In this document: in pieces, positions 1-11,978 of the stretch
Layout: each line of letters starts with the position of its first letter
Position numbering within the stretch: the first letter of the stretch is position 1
From: Mustelus asterias
Lineage: Eukaryota
NCBI RefSeq assembly: GCF_964213995.1
Contig: NW_027592005.1
Span: 1 to 64,000, forward strand
Direction of reading: 5' to 3'
Length of the DNA stretch: 64,000 nucleotides
Made by a program: the position numbers and the translations under genes
The notes under the pieces: generated by a model
What the model was told of the DNA's origin: nothing
Databases searched by the model: none
What the model saw: the letters and a program-made list of their open reading frames with translations, nothing else

Positions 1-235
1 TCCCTTTATTGTTCATTCCCTTGTCTTGTCTAATGTCCCAAATTCATTCTCTCTCACTGCTCCAGATCGAATTCCATGTGCCATTTTTCTGCCCATCTGA
101 CCAGCCCACTGATATCTTCCTGCAGTCCACGGCTTTCTTCTGGATTGTTAAACACAAATACAATTGTTGTATCATCTGCAAACTGGATCATGACCCTTAC
201 ATTTAAGTCTAAGTCATTGATATATACCACAAAAC
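1..235 (-). mobile_element. CR1-type LINE reverse transcriptase fragment
   Basis: ORF 54..248(-) reads YINDLD...QFADDTTI...LQEDISGLVRWAEKWHMEF, the CR1 RT FADD region. Confidence 0.8.
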
Positions 236-268
236 TGTGGAACCTCACTGGTAACCAGACACTATTCA

Positions 269-415
<147 letters not shown>

Positions 416-1414
416 TCACTGGTGTTTCAGCAGATTCTGTTTACTTTTAAATCTCTTCTCACAATCAGAACATTCAAAAGGTCTCTGATCAGTGTGAACA
501 AGTTGGTGTGTAGTCAGGTGGGATGACTGAGTGAATCTCTTGCTGCACAGGAGGCAAGTGTAAGGTCTCTCTCCAGTGTGAACTCGCCGGTGTATCAGAA
601 GGTCAGATGTATCAATGAATTCCTGACAACACACAGGGCAGGTGAACGGCCTCTCCCCAGTGTGAACTCGATAGTGTCTCAGAAGGTGGGCTAATCGAGT
701 GAATCCCTTCCCACAGAGAGAGCAGATGAACGGCCTCTCCCCAGTGTGAGTGTTTTGGTGTTTCAGAAGATCCTTTTTGCTTTTAAATGTTTTCTCACAT
801 TTAGAACAATTGAAAGGTCTCTGATCAGTGTGAACAAATCGGTGTTTCAGGATCTGGGATGAACAAGTGAATCCCTTCCCACACACGGAGCAGATGAACG
901 GCCTCTCCCCAGTGTGAGTGCGTTGATGAATCAGTAAATCCTTTTTACTTTTAAAGTTCTTCTCACAGTCAGAACATTTAAATGGTCTCTGATCAGTGTG
1001 AACACTTTGGTGTGTCAGGAGGTGGGATGACTGAGTGAATCCCTTCCCACACACGGAGCAGATGAATGGCCTCTCCCCAGTGTGAGTGCGTTGGTGAATC
1101 AATAAATCCGTTTTACTTTTAAAACTCTTCCCACAGTCACAACATTTAAACGGTCTCTGATCAGAGTGAACTTGGTAGTGAGTCTGGAGGTTTGATAAAG
1201 CATTAAATCCCTTCCCACATTGAAGACAAGTAAATGGCCTCTCACCGGTATGGACATGCTGGTGTGTGTAGAGGCTGGATGACTGAGTGAAACCCTTCCC
1301 ACACACGGGACAGGTGAACGGTCTCTCCCCAGTGTGAATACGTCGATGAGTTTCCAATTCAGACGGGTAATTAAATCCCGTCCCACAGTCTCCACATTTC
1401 CATGGTTTCTCCAT
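416..1414 (-). CDS. C2H2 zinc-finger protein ZNF-A (11 complete fingers, 12th cut by TGA)
   Basis: ATG of MEKPWKC at 1414; CxxC-x12-HxxxH repeats with TGERP/TDQRP linkers. The frame continues past TGA 416-418 with one more finger and a tail to 266. Confidence 0.85.
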   Translation of the reverse strand: MEKPWKCGDCGTGFNYPSELETHRRIHTGERPFTCPVCGKGFTQSSSLYTHQHVHTGERPFTCLQCGKGFNALSNLQTHYQVHSDQRPFKCCDCGKSFKSKTDLLIHQRTHTGERPFICSVCGKGFTQSSHLLTHQSVHTDQRPFKCSDCEKNFKSKKDLLIHQRTHTGERPFICSVCGKGFTCSSQILKHRFVHTDQRPFNCSKCEKTFKSKKDLLKHQNTHTGERPFICSLCGKGFTRLAHLLRHYRVHTGERPFTCPVCCQEFIDTSDLLIHRRVHTGERPYTCLLCSKRFTQSSHLTTHQLVHTDQRPFECSDCEKRFKSKQNLLKHQ

Positions 1415-1439
1415 GGTTAACGACAGGTTATTGGGCGTA

Positions 1440-1543
1440 GGTGGGGTGAGATTTGAAGTCACTATCAGATCAGCCATGATGTTATTAAATGACAGAGCAG
1501 GCTGGTGGGGCCGAATGGCCTGTTGCTGTTCCTTGTTCATATG
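1440..1543 (+). mobile_element. CR1-type 3' tail fragment inserted in the 5' region of ZNF-A
   Basis: atcagatcagccatgat...ggggccgaatggcc matches the CR1-type tail seen at 12585-12660. Confidence 0.6.
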
Positions 1544-1964
1544 GTAATCAGTTGAAGCCTGATCCACAAATACAACACGAGTAAGGTGTCTCCTGATGTA
1601 AATGTGCAGTTTCTTTTCATGCTGTGTGACTGGTTAAAGCTCTGTTCCAGAAAACTGCGGAAAATCGCTTAGATGTGTGTCTCGGTTCTTTTCCAGTCAC
1701 ACTGATATTTGAATCATTTCCCAAAGACAAAACAGACAACATTTCTCCTTCCACATTCATAGGCTGATGATGATCAGCTCCTGATGAATCAAGTGACTCT
1801 GACCAATCTTGACATGATATTCAGTTTGAATTTCCAATCTGCAAATATTCTGCGAAAGGAGTTTAAATTGAATTACTTCAAACTTATCAGACACAAACAG
1901 TCCATTTGGTCCAACTAACCTGCTGTTGTTTATACTCGACACACATCTCCTCCTATCCCATCAT

Positions 1965-2280
1965 GGGCGGCACAATGGTTAGCACTGCTGCCTCACATGC
2001 CAGGGACCTGGGATTGATTCCAGCCTCAGGTGACTGTCTGTGTGGAGTTTGCACATTCTCCCCGTGTCTGTGTGGATTTCCTTTGGGTGCTCCGGTTTGC
2101 CCCCTCAGTCCAAATATGTGCAGGTTAGGTTGATTGTCCATGCTAAATTGTCCCTTACTGTCAGGGGGACTACCAGGTTAAATAAGTGGGGTTATGAGTA
2201 TAGGGTCAGGGTGGGATTGTGGTTGTGCAGACTCAATGGGCCAAATGGCCTCCTACATTGTAGGAACACTATAAATTCTA
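1965..2280 (+). mobile_element. tRNA-derived SINE (HE1/V-SINE-like)
   Basis: Head ggcggcacaatggttagcactgctgcctcac, B-box-like ggattgattcc, core gtgtggagtttgcacattctccccgtgtctg, LINE-like tail. Confidence 0.85.
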
Positions 2281-3499
2281 CCTACCACATCTCAATCTTT
2301 CAGCTGATCTTTCTATTCCTTTTTCTCTGATGTGTTTGTCATGAATTTCTTCAGCCAGAGGATGGTGAATCTATGAAATTCAGTGCCATAGAAGACTGTG
2401 GCGGCAAGGTCATTGAGTACATTTCAAAGAGATAAAAAGGTTCTTGATTGGTAAAGGGATCAAAGGTTACAGAGAAAGAGCAGGAGAATGGGGTTGATAA
2501 ACTTATCAGCCATGATTGAATAGTGGAGCAGACACAATGGGCCAAATAGCTGAATCCTATATTTTATGGTCTTATGTTTTCCTTCTGACAACAGCTCAAT
2601 AATTTCCTCAACTGCTTCCTGTATTAATGAATTTCACATTCTCAACCTGTGAGTAAAGAAATTTATCCTCAGCTTCATCTTGGATTGATTAGTAACTATC
2701 ATGTATTTATCACTCTTTGCTTATTGATGGTCGCTAATTTTGAACTCTCTCAAATGGAAGTATTTTCTCCACATCTCCCCTGTCCAAGCATCTGATAATT
2801 TTAAAAGACTATCGGGTCACTGCGTAATCCCTTATTTTCTAAAGAAAAATGGTTCAACCCCTTCAATCTCTGTTTACAAAACCCATTGCTGTCAATGCAC
2901 GATAGAAATCACAAAGTGACATTTGTCTTGGTTTGAGTTTCCTGTGTGTAAATCCTCATCTGTAAAAGCAGTTTCAAAAATCCATCACTGTCAGTCCAGG
3001 ATAGAAATTCTGAACAGACAATTCTAGTTTCTCTGGAACATTTTTTTTTCTTGTTCCCTCAAATCTGTAAATCCCCGTCCCACACACTCTCCCTCCTCCT
3101 CACCATCTGCACCATTTCTTTCCTCCACTCCCAGTTTTCTCCCTCCCTCTCCTCTGTCTGGGTTCAGTTCTCCAGCTCCTGTCTGCAGACTGACAAAACC
3201 AATGGGTCTTACTGGGGATGTTGGGGCCTCCAGCGGGTGTTTGTGAATCCTCCCCGCCCACCTCCCAGGGTTTCCTTCCTTCCCAGAGATCAGAGTCCTC
3301 ATTGATTTGAGGCCAAAGTGTAACCTCTTATTTATTGTCCCCCTCCCCCATCCTCTGATGTGAACCATCCTCCAGTGGCTGAGCCAGGATGGGGCCGTTA
3401 ACCTGGGCCTGTTCCCGGGAGGGAGGGAGGGAGAAGCCCCGCAGCTGCAAACCAGGGAGCTGACAATGATTCTGAAGGGTTTGTTTCGCTCACAATGCC

Positions 3500-3960
3500 C
3501 AGGGACTGATTGACAGCAGCTCCGGACCAATAGGAAGAGGGGGCGGGGCTAAAGGACGGAGCGGAAGCAGCTGGTCCTCCAATCAGTTATTGAGGGGCGG
3601 GGCTGGGGTATAAATGAAGCATGCGCAGTGTGATTAATGGCGGTGGAGCCGAATCTTGCTCAGATCCACAATGAGAAAAGGTGGGAATGGCGAGGCAGAG
3701 GGAGCGATGGATCAGGGGGGCGGTTTGCGAGACTTCGTAAAGACGTTACATAAACCGCGAATCCTTGAAAAAGAACCTACCGGTAATTGGGATGGTCCCC
3801 GGCCCTTTGCACAGAGCAGGGCCGTAACTTTCTCTCAGTTACAGACCCGGGTTAACCGCCGCCATCTTTTTCGGGTGGTCGCAGCAAGACGCATGCGCAG
3901 CTGTCATCTTTAGCGGGGGCACTCGCAATAGGGCGCATGCGCAGATGCCATTTTTGTTGG
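3500..3960. promoter_or_regulatory. CpG-rich divergent promoter between ZNF-A (-) and ZNF-B (+)
   Basis: CCAAT + GGGGCGGGG pairs at 3527-3602, a TATAAA, three GCATGCGCAG (NRF1-like) sites near 3619, 3891 and 3935, and YY1-like CCGCCATCTT near 3860. Confidence 0.7.
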
Positions 3961-4117
3961 GGGCAATAATTTTGAAATTTCTCCAGTGACAGAACGTGGA
4001 CAACTTGCCCATCAAACTGCTTCACTCTTTCACTTCCAATTTCTCACTGATGCAGCACAACAACTGTGCCACCCCCTCAACCATGGTTATATAACATCAT
4101 GGTTCTGAACAACCTGG

Positions 4118-4395
4118 TTATTTATTAGTGTCACAAGTAGGCTTACATTAACACTGCAATGAAGTTAATGTGAGAATTCCGGCGCCTGTACGGATACACT
4201 GAGGGAGAATTCAGCATGGCCAATGCACCTTACCAACATGTCTTTCAGATTGTGCGAAGAAACTGGAGCACCCGGAAGTAACCCACACAGACACGGGGAG
4301 AATGTGCAAACTCTGCACAGACAGGCACCCAAGCCAGGAATCGAACCCAGGTCCCTGGCGCTGTGAGGCAGCAGTGCTAACCACTGTGCCAGCCA
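4118..4395 (-). mobile_element. tRNA-derived SINE (HE1-like head, second tail subtype)
   Basis: Reverse complement gives ggcacagtggttagcactgctgcctcacagcgccagggacc...gtgacactaataaataa. Confidence 0.8.
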
Positions 4396-5042
4396 CACAG
4401 TTGGCCGAGAGAGTGACGGTGTCAGTAGTTAGAGAATGAAGTTTGGAGTGGGAACTGGAAAGTATGGCTTCAGTCTTCTCAATATTTAAATGAGAGAAAA
4501 TTTCTGATGTTCCAGTATTGGATGTCAGACAAGTCAGGACGATGTGTGAGTTGGAGGGGAACTTAGAGGTAATGGTCTTAACATATGCTGAATACTCTGG
4601 CCGTTGTCGGTGGTGGAGGTTGAGGGTTAAGGTGATTCTGTCAGAGTTCTGATCAAGCTGCAAATACAGAAAAATCCCTCTTCTTCATCCTCTGCTTCTT
4701 CTAACCTCTCTCTCCCTCTCATTCCCTTCCATAGATACTGGATCGTGTATCGGTCCAGACTGGGTGGCAGGTTCCCTTTCCTGAAGGATATAATGAACCA
4801 ATTGTTAAATTTATGACAATCCAGCAGTTTTCATGGTCACTCTTTCCTGGTGCCGGCCCCATAAATTAACAGATTCATTCAGCTCCATTTCACAACCTAC
4901 TTTTGTGTTTTTGTGGCTTCACTCTCACTTTTTCTGTTTCAGAAGGGGTGAATTTGCAATCAGAAAGCTCAAACCAAACATCAGGTCAGGATCTGATGGA
5001 TCACCCAATTTATCGTAACCGGAACATCATTGGATTTTGAAC

Positions 5043-5585
5043 ATGGAAGGAAAAAGCACCATTCACAGTGGGAAGAAATCGTACACATGTTCTGTGTGTG
5101 CGCGAGACTTCAGCCAATCATCCGGCCTGTCAAGACACAAATGCAGTCACAACAGGGAGAAGCCGTGGAAATGTGGGGACTGTGGAAAGAGATTCAATTA
5201 CCCATCACAGCTGGAAATTCATCAGCGTGGTCACACAGGGCAGAGGCCATTCACCTGTTGTGTGTGTGGGAAGGGATTCATTAATTCATCTAACCTGATG
5301 ACACACCAAAGTGTTCACAGTGAGGACAGACCTTTTAAATGTCTGGACTGCGGGAAGTGTTATAAAAATTGTCAGGAACTAATGTACCATCAACGTGTTC
5401 ACACTGATGAGAGACCATTCAGGTGCTCTCAATGTGGGACTGGGTTCAGACAATCATCTCATCTCACTGTACACCAGCGCACTCACACTGGGGAGAGGCC
5501 ATTCACCTGCTCTGAGTGTGGGAAGAGATTCACTCAGTCATCCCAGCTGCTGAAACACCAGCGAGCATACGAACATAAAAATTAG
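5043..5585 (+). CDS. C2H2 zinc-finger protein ZNF-B (5 fingers plus a sixth ending in LINE-derived sequence)
   Basis: [19 protein letters not shown]...; ends HQRAYEHKN* where the CR1 tail begins. Confidence 0.8.
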   Translation: MEGKSTIHSGKKSYTCSVCARDFSQSSGLSRHKCSHNREKPWKCGDCGKRFNYPSQLEIHQRGHTGQRPFTCCVCGKGFINSSNLMTHQSVHSEDRPFKCLDCGKCYKNCQELMYHQRVHTDERPFRCSQCGTGFRQSSHLTVHQRTHTGERPFTCSECGKRFTQSSQLLKHQRAYEHKN

Positions 5586-6215
5586 GAGCAGAAGTAGGTC
5601 ATTCGGCCCCTCGAGCCTGCTCCACCATTCAGTAAGCTCATGGCTGATCTGATTGTAACCTCAACTCTACATTCCTGCCTACATCCCATAACCTTTCACC
5701 CTCTTGTTAGTCAGGAATCTATCTAGCTTTGTCTTAAAAATATTCAAAGACTCTGCTTCCACTGCAGAGGAAGAGAATGGCTTTTAACATTTTCCCTGTG
5801 ACAAATGTTCGGCTAACTGGCCTGAACTTTCCCACTTTCTCTCTTCCTTTTTGAATAATAAAACATTTGCCATTTTTCCCTGAATCGCTGAAATTTTGTA
5901 AAATTAAAATGACTGCATCAATGATCTCAGTAGCCTCTTCTTTCAAGACCTTAGGGAGAAGTCCATTCGGACCAGAGAACCTGTCAGCGCACACACCCAA
6001 CAATGTGCTCAATACCACTGTTCGTAATTTTCCTGATTTGCACCATCTCTTCCATTTCCTGATTTACAACTATCTCTGGGAGGTTACTTGTGCTGTCTAT
6101 AGCAAAGACAGGTGCAAAATATCTGTTTAGTTCATCCACCATAGCCCTACTTTCCACAACCAATTCTCCAGATCACTTTCTATGGGACCAATGCTCACTT
6201 TGTTAACTTTTCTTA
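5570..6215 (-). mobile_element. CR1 LINE, deleted copy
   Basis: CR1 tail at the 5570 end; ORF 5734..6018(-) contains GPNGLLPKVLKEEATEIIDAVILILQNF. Confidence 0.75.
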
Positions 6216-6239
6216 TTAAATATCTATACAAATTCCCTG

Positions 6240-8032
6240 ACAGCCAAGGGCTCGGATGGAGAACAATTTGTTAGATTGTCCTAGAGGCCTTTTTGATACA
6301 GTGTGTTGACAATCCAACCCGGAGGGGGCTATACTCGACTTGGTATTGGGGAATGAGCTGGGCCAGGTGATCAATGTTTCAGTGGGGGAGCATTTTGGGT
6401 TTAGCAACCATAATTCCATAAGATTTCAGATAGTCGTGGATAAGAACAAGAGTTGCCCTCGGGTGAGGGTGCTTAATTAGGCACGGGCCAATTACATCCA
6501 AATTAGACAGGAACTGGGGAATGTGGACTGGGAGCAGCTATTTGAAGGTAAATCCATGTCTGGCATGTGGAAGGCTTTTAAAGGCCGGTTGATTGAAGTG
6601 CAGGACAGGCATGTTCTCGCAAAAAATGAAGATAGAAATGGCAGGATTCAGGAACCATGGATGACAAGGAAAATTGTAATTTCAGTCAAAAGGATAAAAG
6701 AAGCATATGACAGGCCTCGTCTAAAAATGAATGAAGCGCTTGAGGAGCACATTGAAAGTAGGAAGGAACTTAACCGTGGAATTAGGAGGGCTAAAAGGGG
6801 CCATGAAATGTCTTTAGTAAACAGGGTCAAGGAGAACCCCAAAGCTTTTTATGCGCATATTAGGAGCAAGAGGGTAGCAAGAGGAAGAGTAGGCCCACTC
6901 AAGGACAATGGAGGGAAGTTTTCCGTGGAGCCATAGGAAGTGGGTGAGAACCTTAATGAGTACTTTGTATCGGTATTGATCAAGGAGAAGGACATAATGG
7001 ATGTTGAGTTCAGGGATAGGTGTGTGAACGCTCTAGTGAATGTAAATATATCGAAGGAAGAATTGTTGAGTATCCTAAATTGTGTTAAGGTAGACAAGTC
7101 CCCAGGGCCAGGTGGGATCTATCCCAGGTTGCTGCAGGAGACAAGGGAAGAAATAGCCGGGGCCTTAACAGATATCTTCACGTCCTCTTTGACCACAGGT
7201 GAGGTTCCAGAGGACTGGAGAATAGCCAATGTTGTTCCCTTGTTTGAGAAAGGAAGCAGGGATAATCCAGGAATTTATAGGCTGGTGAGCTTTATGTCAG
7301 TGGTGGAGAAGCTTTTGGAGAAGATACTGAGGGACAGGATATATGCACATTTGGAAGAAAATGGACGAGTTAGTGACAAGCAGCAGGGTTTTGTATGGGG
7401 AAGGTCATGTCTCACTAATTTGATTGAATTTTTTGAAGAGGTGACAAAGATAATTGATGAGGGAAGGGCTGTGGACGTAGTTTACTATGGTGTTTGACAA
7501 GGTCCCACATGGCAGACAGGTACATAAACTAAAAATCACATGATTCAGGGTGGGCTGGCTAGATGGATACTAGATGGATGGTGTTCTGCAGGGATCTGTA
7601 CTGGGACCTCTGTTAGTATATATATAAATGATCTGGAGGAAAATGTGAGGGATTAGTAAATTTGCAGATGACACAAAGACTGTTGGAGTTGCTGATAGTG
7701 CCAGGGATTGTCAGAGGATACAACAGAATTTAGATAAATTGGAGACTTGAGCACAGAAATGGCAGATGGAGTTTCATCCATACGAACACGAGGCGATGTA
7801 TTTTGGAGGATCAAATTAGATGTGAATTATATTGTAAATAGTAGAACCCTTAGGAACATTAAGATACAAAGGGATCTGGGCATGCAGGTTCACAGTTCCC
7901 TAAAATTGGCAACACAGATTGCCAAAGTGATTAAAAAAGCAGAAGTCATGCTTGCCTTCATCAGCCGGGGCATTGAGTACAAGAGTTGGGAAATCATGTT
8001 GCAGCTATATAAAACCTTGGTTAGGCTGCATT
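6240..8032 (+). mobile_element. CR1 LINE ORF2 (end of endonuclease plus RT), frameshifted
   Basis: [49 protein letters not shown] and LYKTLVR motifs across several frames. Confidence 0.92.
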
Positions 8033-8037
8033 GAAAT

Positions 8038-8386
8038 GAATCATAGAATCATAGAAACCCTACAGTACAGAAAGAGGCCATTCGGCCCATCGAGGCTGCA
8101 CCTACCACAATCCCACCCAAGCCCTACCCCCATATCCTGACATATTTTACCCACTAATCCCTCTAACCTATGCATCTCAGGACACTAAGGGGCAATTTTA
8201 GCATGGCCAATCAACCTAACCCGCACATCTTTGGACTGTGGGAGGAAACCGGAGCACCCGGAGGAAACCCACGCAGACACGAGGAGAATGTGCAAACTCC
8301 ACACAGACAGTGACCCAAGCTGGGAATCGAACCCAGGTCCCTGGAGCTGTGAAGCAGCAGTGCTAACCACTGTGCTACCGTGCCGC
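8038..8386 (-). mobile_element. Full-length young HE1-like SINE
   Basis: Intact head gcggcacggtagcacagtggttagcactgctgc; nearly identical to 38699-39037. Confidence 0.9.
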
Positions 8387-8389
8387 ATT

Positions 8390-8597
8390 TGGACTATCAG
8401 GTCTCCCCTCATCCTACATCTTTCCAGTTGAAAACAAGACTAGTTTATTCAATCTCTCCTCATGGTCCACACCTCGAGACCAGGCAACATCCGGGTGAAC
8501 CTTCTCTGCACTCTCTCCAAAGCTTCCATGTCTTTCTGGTAGTGTGGTGACCAGAACTGCATGCAATACCTCAAATGCGCCTAACCAAGGTTTTACT
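8390..8597 (-). mobile_element. CR1 fragment, inverted continuation of the 6240-8032 copy
   Basis: Reverse complement begins gtaaaaccttggttaggcgcatttg...gcagttctggtcaccacactaccag. Confidence 0.75.
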
Positions 8598-8740
8598 CAC
8601 ACATGTTGGCCAGAGAAGGACGTTTGAGTCTGAAACAAAAGCTGTGCTGTTTCAAATCAAACTGCGGGACTTGGAAGAAAATGATGGGAAGAGATTTTGC
8701 AAAGTCCCCTCCCCCACTCCCTCAGCTGGCAGCCCAGCAC

Positions 8741-8902
8741 GCAGGCGCAGAGAGCGCTGCTGAGCCGAGCTGTCCGGAGCAGGTGCAGAGAGCGCTGCTG
8801 AGCCGAGCTGTCCGGAGCAGGCGCAGAGAGTGCTGCTGAGCCGAGCTGTCCGGAGCAGGCGCAGAGAGCGCTGCTGAGCCGAGCTGTCCGGCGCAGGCGC
8901 AG
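8741..8902. repeat. GC-rich minisatellite, 38 bp x ~4.3
   Basis: Unit gcaggcgcagagagcgctgctgagccgagctgtccgga starts at 8741, 8779, 8817 and 8855, with a partial unit at 8893. Confidence 0.95.
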
Positions 8903-9360
8903 TGCGGCTGCCGCCAGCGGTCGCTCTCGGGTCTCTTTTTGGAGCAGCAGCCGCCGTGGAGAGGGGGGAGGGGGAGATCACCGAGCGGCTTCTCGCTCTG
9001 GCCGGAGCCGCCAGCCGGTTGCCTGGAAACCTTGGCTCGAGGAGGTGCAGGAGGAGGGGAACAATGGGCGGGAGCGGGGCCCGCGTTTGCGGGCCGGGCC
9101 TGCGCACTGGAAAACCATGACGTCACCGCGAAGCAGACTGATTCCTATTGGCTGATTCAGGGGGGCTCCTTTGTGACGTCACATGCGGAAGTTGTCCAAT
9201 GAGCTTCAGAGTGAAGCTTCCGCCTCTGGACAACATCTGGGAGGAAATCAATGTTTCCCCCTTTCCATTTCTTTCCTCATTCTGGGGGAAATTGGGGACT
9301 TGCAGCAACTGAAGGGAAAGGAAGTGAATCAAGGGAGGCTGTAGACTCTGGAAAGGAAAC
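8900..9360 (+). promoter_or_regulatory. CpG-island promoter and putative non-coding first exon of ZNF-C
   Basis: Two TGACGTCA (CRE) sites near 9118 and 9174, ATTGG/CCAAT boxes, ETS-like CGGAAG; block ggggacttgcagcaactgaagggaaaggaagtgaa shared with 15970 and 32730. Confidence 0.65.
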
Positions 9361-9927
9361 AGACGAACATCGGAATTAGGAGCAGGACAAGGTCCAGGTA
9401 TCTTTTCCTTTTTCTCTCAAAGATATCCTTTAGCTCTCTCAGTTTGACACATTTATTTGTCTGGTTAATAGGATGGCCTCCTACCTAATGCTCACAATTA
9501 AAACGTTTTCCCAAGAGATGGATGACGTTTAAAGGAACAGTAAATCAAATGAGGACAGAGATAGTGTGGTCATATGGCACATACAAAATCATTTATGATT
9601 CTCTGAAGTTCATTATAATTATTTCTTGTCTTGAAATATATAGCAGCGTTGCTATGTTTTATATTTCAAGCCATAGAGTCACTGTGGCACAAAATGAATC
9701 TATTTGGCAACTCAAGTCCATACCAACTCTCTGTACAGAAAATCAGTCAATTCCATACCCCTCAATATCCCCATTTCCCTGAAAGTTTATTTCCTTCAAG
9801 TGTCCATCAAATTTCATTTTGAAATCGCTGATTATCTCCAGTTGCACCACTCTCACCAGCAGCAAGTTCCAGGGCCTAAAAAAAGTTCTTCCTCACTGAT
9901 CCCTATCTTGCCAATCACATAACAGAG

Positions 9928-10347
9928 TGCTGTATATTACACACATTTATTATCCATTAAATATGCAAATATATAAAATATATATGGGCCATATATATGG
10001 GCCATCATATCTGTACCCGACTCGCCAAATGAGCATTTTGACTGAGTGCCATTCTCCTGTGTTTTTTCTCTCTCTCTGGGAAATACAGAGAGTTGTGGTA
10101 AATTGAATTAGTGCCACGAATTCTAAGGGAGAAATTGCTGGTGATTTTGTTGAGACTGGTTTTATTGAAGTAAAAGTATCCCATCTATTCAAATACTATT
10201 TGTCTGTCAATGCCTGATTCATTTATGTTGCTTTTATTTTGATTTTTACAATGAAACATTTTAAAAAGTGAAACCTCACTCATTTTATCCTTGGAATTGT
10301 CAGGAATGTGTTTATTATAAGGTTATCAGTTGGCTTGGGACGTAACA
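9928..10347 (+). mobile_element. Candidate solo LTR
   Basis: TG...GGGACGTAACA ends flanked by the direct repeat ACAGAG (9922-9927, 10348-10353); 3' terminus resembles that of 36532-37971. Confidence 0.4.
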
Positions 10348-11079
10348 ACAGAGATATATCCAGTGTTGTTTTATAGTACGTATTAGGTATAATATTTATA
10401 TTTCAGTAAAATAATGTATTTATTATTTCCATTCTTGTAATCTAGTACTGCAGCTATGTTATACATTTCCAATCATGGACTCTACACTTCAGAAGGAACT
10501 TGAGTCCATGTCAACTTTCTGCAGAGTGATCCACTCAGCCCCATTCCCCTCTATATCTCCATTAGTGCAGCATGTTCATTTCCTTTGTGTGCCGATCCAA
10601 TCTCATTTTGAAACCATTTGTTTACTGTTCCACCATCCTCATAGACATTGAGTTGCATAGAAACATAGAAAATAGGATCAGGAGTAGGCCATTTGGCCCT
10701 TCAAGCCTGCTCTTCTATTCATTATGATAATAGCCCAAACCCCCATATCCTTTGATCCCTTTTGCCTTTTAACTTTATGTCTCTTTCCATAGATAAGATA
10801 ATGTTTGCCAGTTGCATGAGGAGAAAATGAGTTTTTTTCTGTTCTAAATCAATTTCACAACCTTTTAGGAGAGGAAGATTTGCAGTTGGTAAACAGAAAT
10901 CAAACATGATCTCAGACCTGATTGAGTCGACCAATTTATTGTAACCTGAATATCATTGTATTTTGAATATAGAAGGAAAAAGCACCATTCACAGTGGAGA
11001 GAAACTGTGTTCTGTTTGTGGACAAGACTTCACCCAATCATCTGGCCTTTCAGGACATAATTGCAGTCACAACAGGGAG

Positions 11080-11568
11080 ATGGCTTGGAAATGTGAGGAT
11101 TGTGGGAAGGGATTTGATTACCCATCCCACCTGGAAACTCATCGACGCATTCACACCGGGGAGAGACCGTTCACCTGCTCTCAATGTGGGAAGGGATTCA
11201 CTACCTCATCCCATCTGCTGAAACACCAGCGAATTCACACAGGGGAGAGACCGTTCACATGTTCTGTGTGTAGGAAGGAATTCAATCAGTCATCCAACCT
11301 AGTGATACACGAGCGAATTCATACTGACGAAAGGCCATTCGCCTGCTCTCAGTGTGGGAAGGGATTTACTCAGTCATCCACGCTGCTAAATCATCAACGA
11401 GTTCACACTGGGGAGAGGCCGTTCACCTGCTCCCAGTGTGGGAAGGGTTTCACTACCTCAGCCATGCTGCTGAAACACCAGCGAATTCATACTGGGGAGA
11501 GGCCGTTCACCTGCTCTGTGTGTGGAAAGGGATTCATTACCTCATGCACGATGCTAAATCACCAGTGA
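11080..11568 (+). CDS. C2H2 zinc-finger protein ZNF-C (5 complete fingers after the first ATG)
   Basis: The paralogous start is ATA here; first in-frame ATG is at 11080 (MAWKCEDC). TGA interrupts HQ*TH, and one more finger runs to TAA 11662-11664. Confidence 0.7.
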   Translation: MAWKCEDCGKGFDYPSHLETHRRIHTGERPFTCSQCGKGFTTSSHLLKHQRIHTGERPFTCSVCRKEFNQSSNLVIHERIHTDERPFACSQCGKGFTQSSTLLNHQRVHTGERPFTCSQCGKGFTTSAMLLKHQRIHTGERPFTCSVCGKGFITSCTMLNHQ

Positions 11569-11661
<93 letters not shown>

Positions 11662-11779
11662 TAACTATTGTGATTGGATTTTGCTGTTAATCATATTCAG
11701 ACTTAACCATGTTTGTTTGTGTCTGTTTCTGCTGAATTGAAAAATAACTCCAGCTCTGTTATAGGTGTTAATATAATTG

Positions 11780-11978
11780 GCTTAGAAGGGGAGGATTTGG
11801 GGTCAGGAAACTCACACAGAATATCAGGATTGGATGGAGCTGCACAATTTATCGTAACCTTAACAGCAGAGAATTTTGAACATGGAAGGAGACAGTACCA
11901 TTCACATCCACAGTCACATTAGGGAGAAACCGTGTAAATGTGGAGACTGTGAGGAGAAATTCAGTTCCCCGTCAGAGG
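11780..11978 (+). pseudogene. Truncated start of a zinc-finger exon
   Basis: Same leader as ZNF-B and ZNF-G (aatttatcgtaacc...ttttgaacatggaagga), then EKPCKCGDCEEKF, cut by a CR1. Confidence 0.7.

Noticed and set aside
3024-3530. 168-aa ORF shared with 44014..44634 as a possible effector exon
   Set aside because: Starts and ends differ between copies, there is no recognisable domain, and identity is at the DNA level with no synonymous pattern. It is reported as a non-coding identity block instead.
8575-9332. GC-rich ORFs at promoters (also 15452-16195, 24243-24590, 45016-45516)
   Set aside because: Stop-poor CpG islands and the 38-bp repeat give chance ORFs on both strands with no domain similarity.
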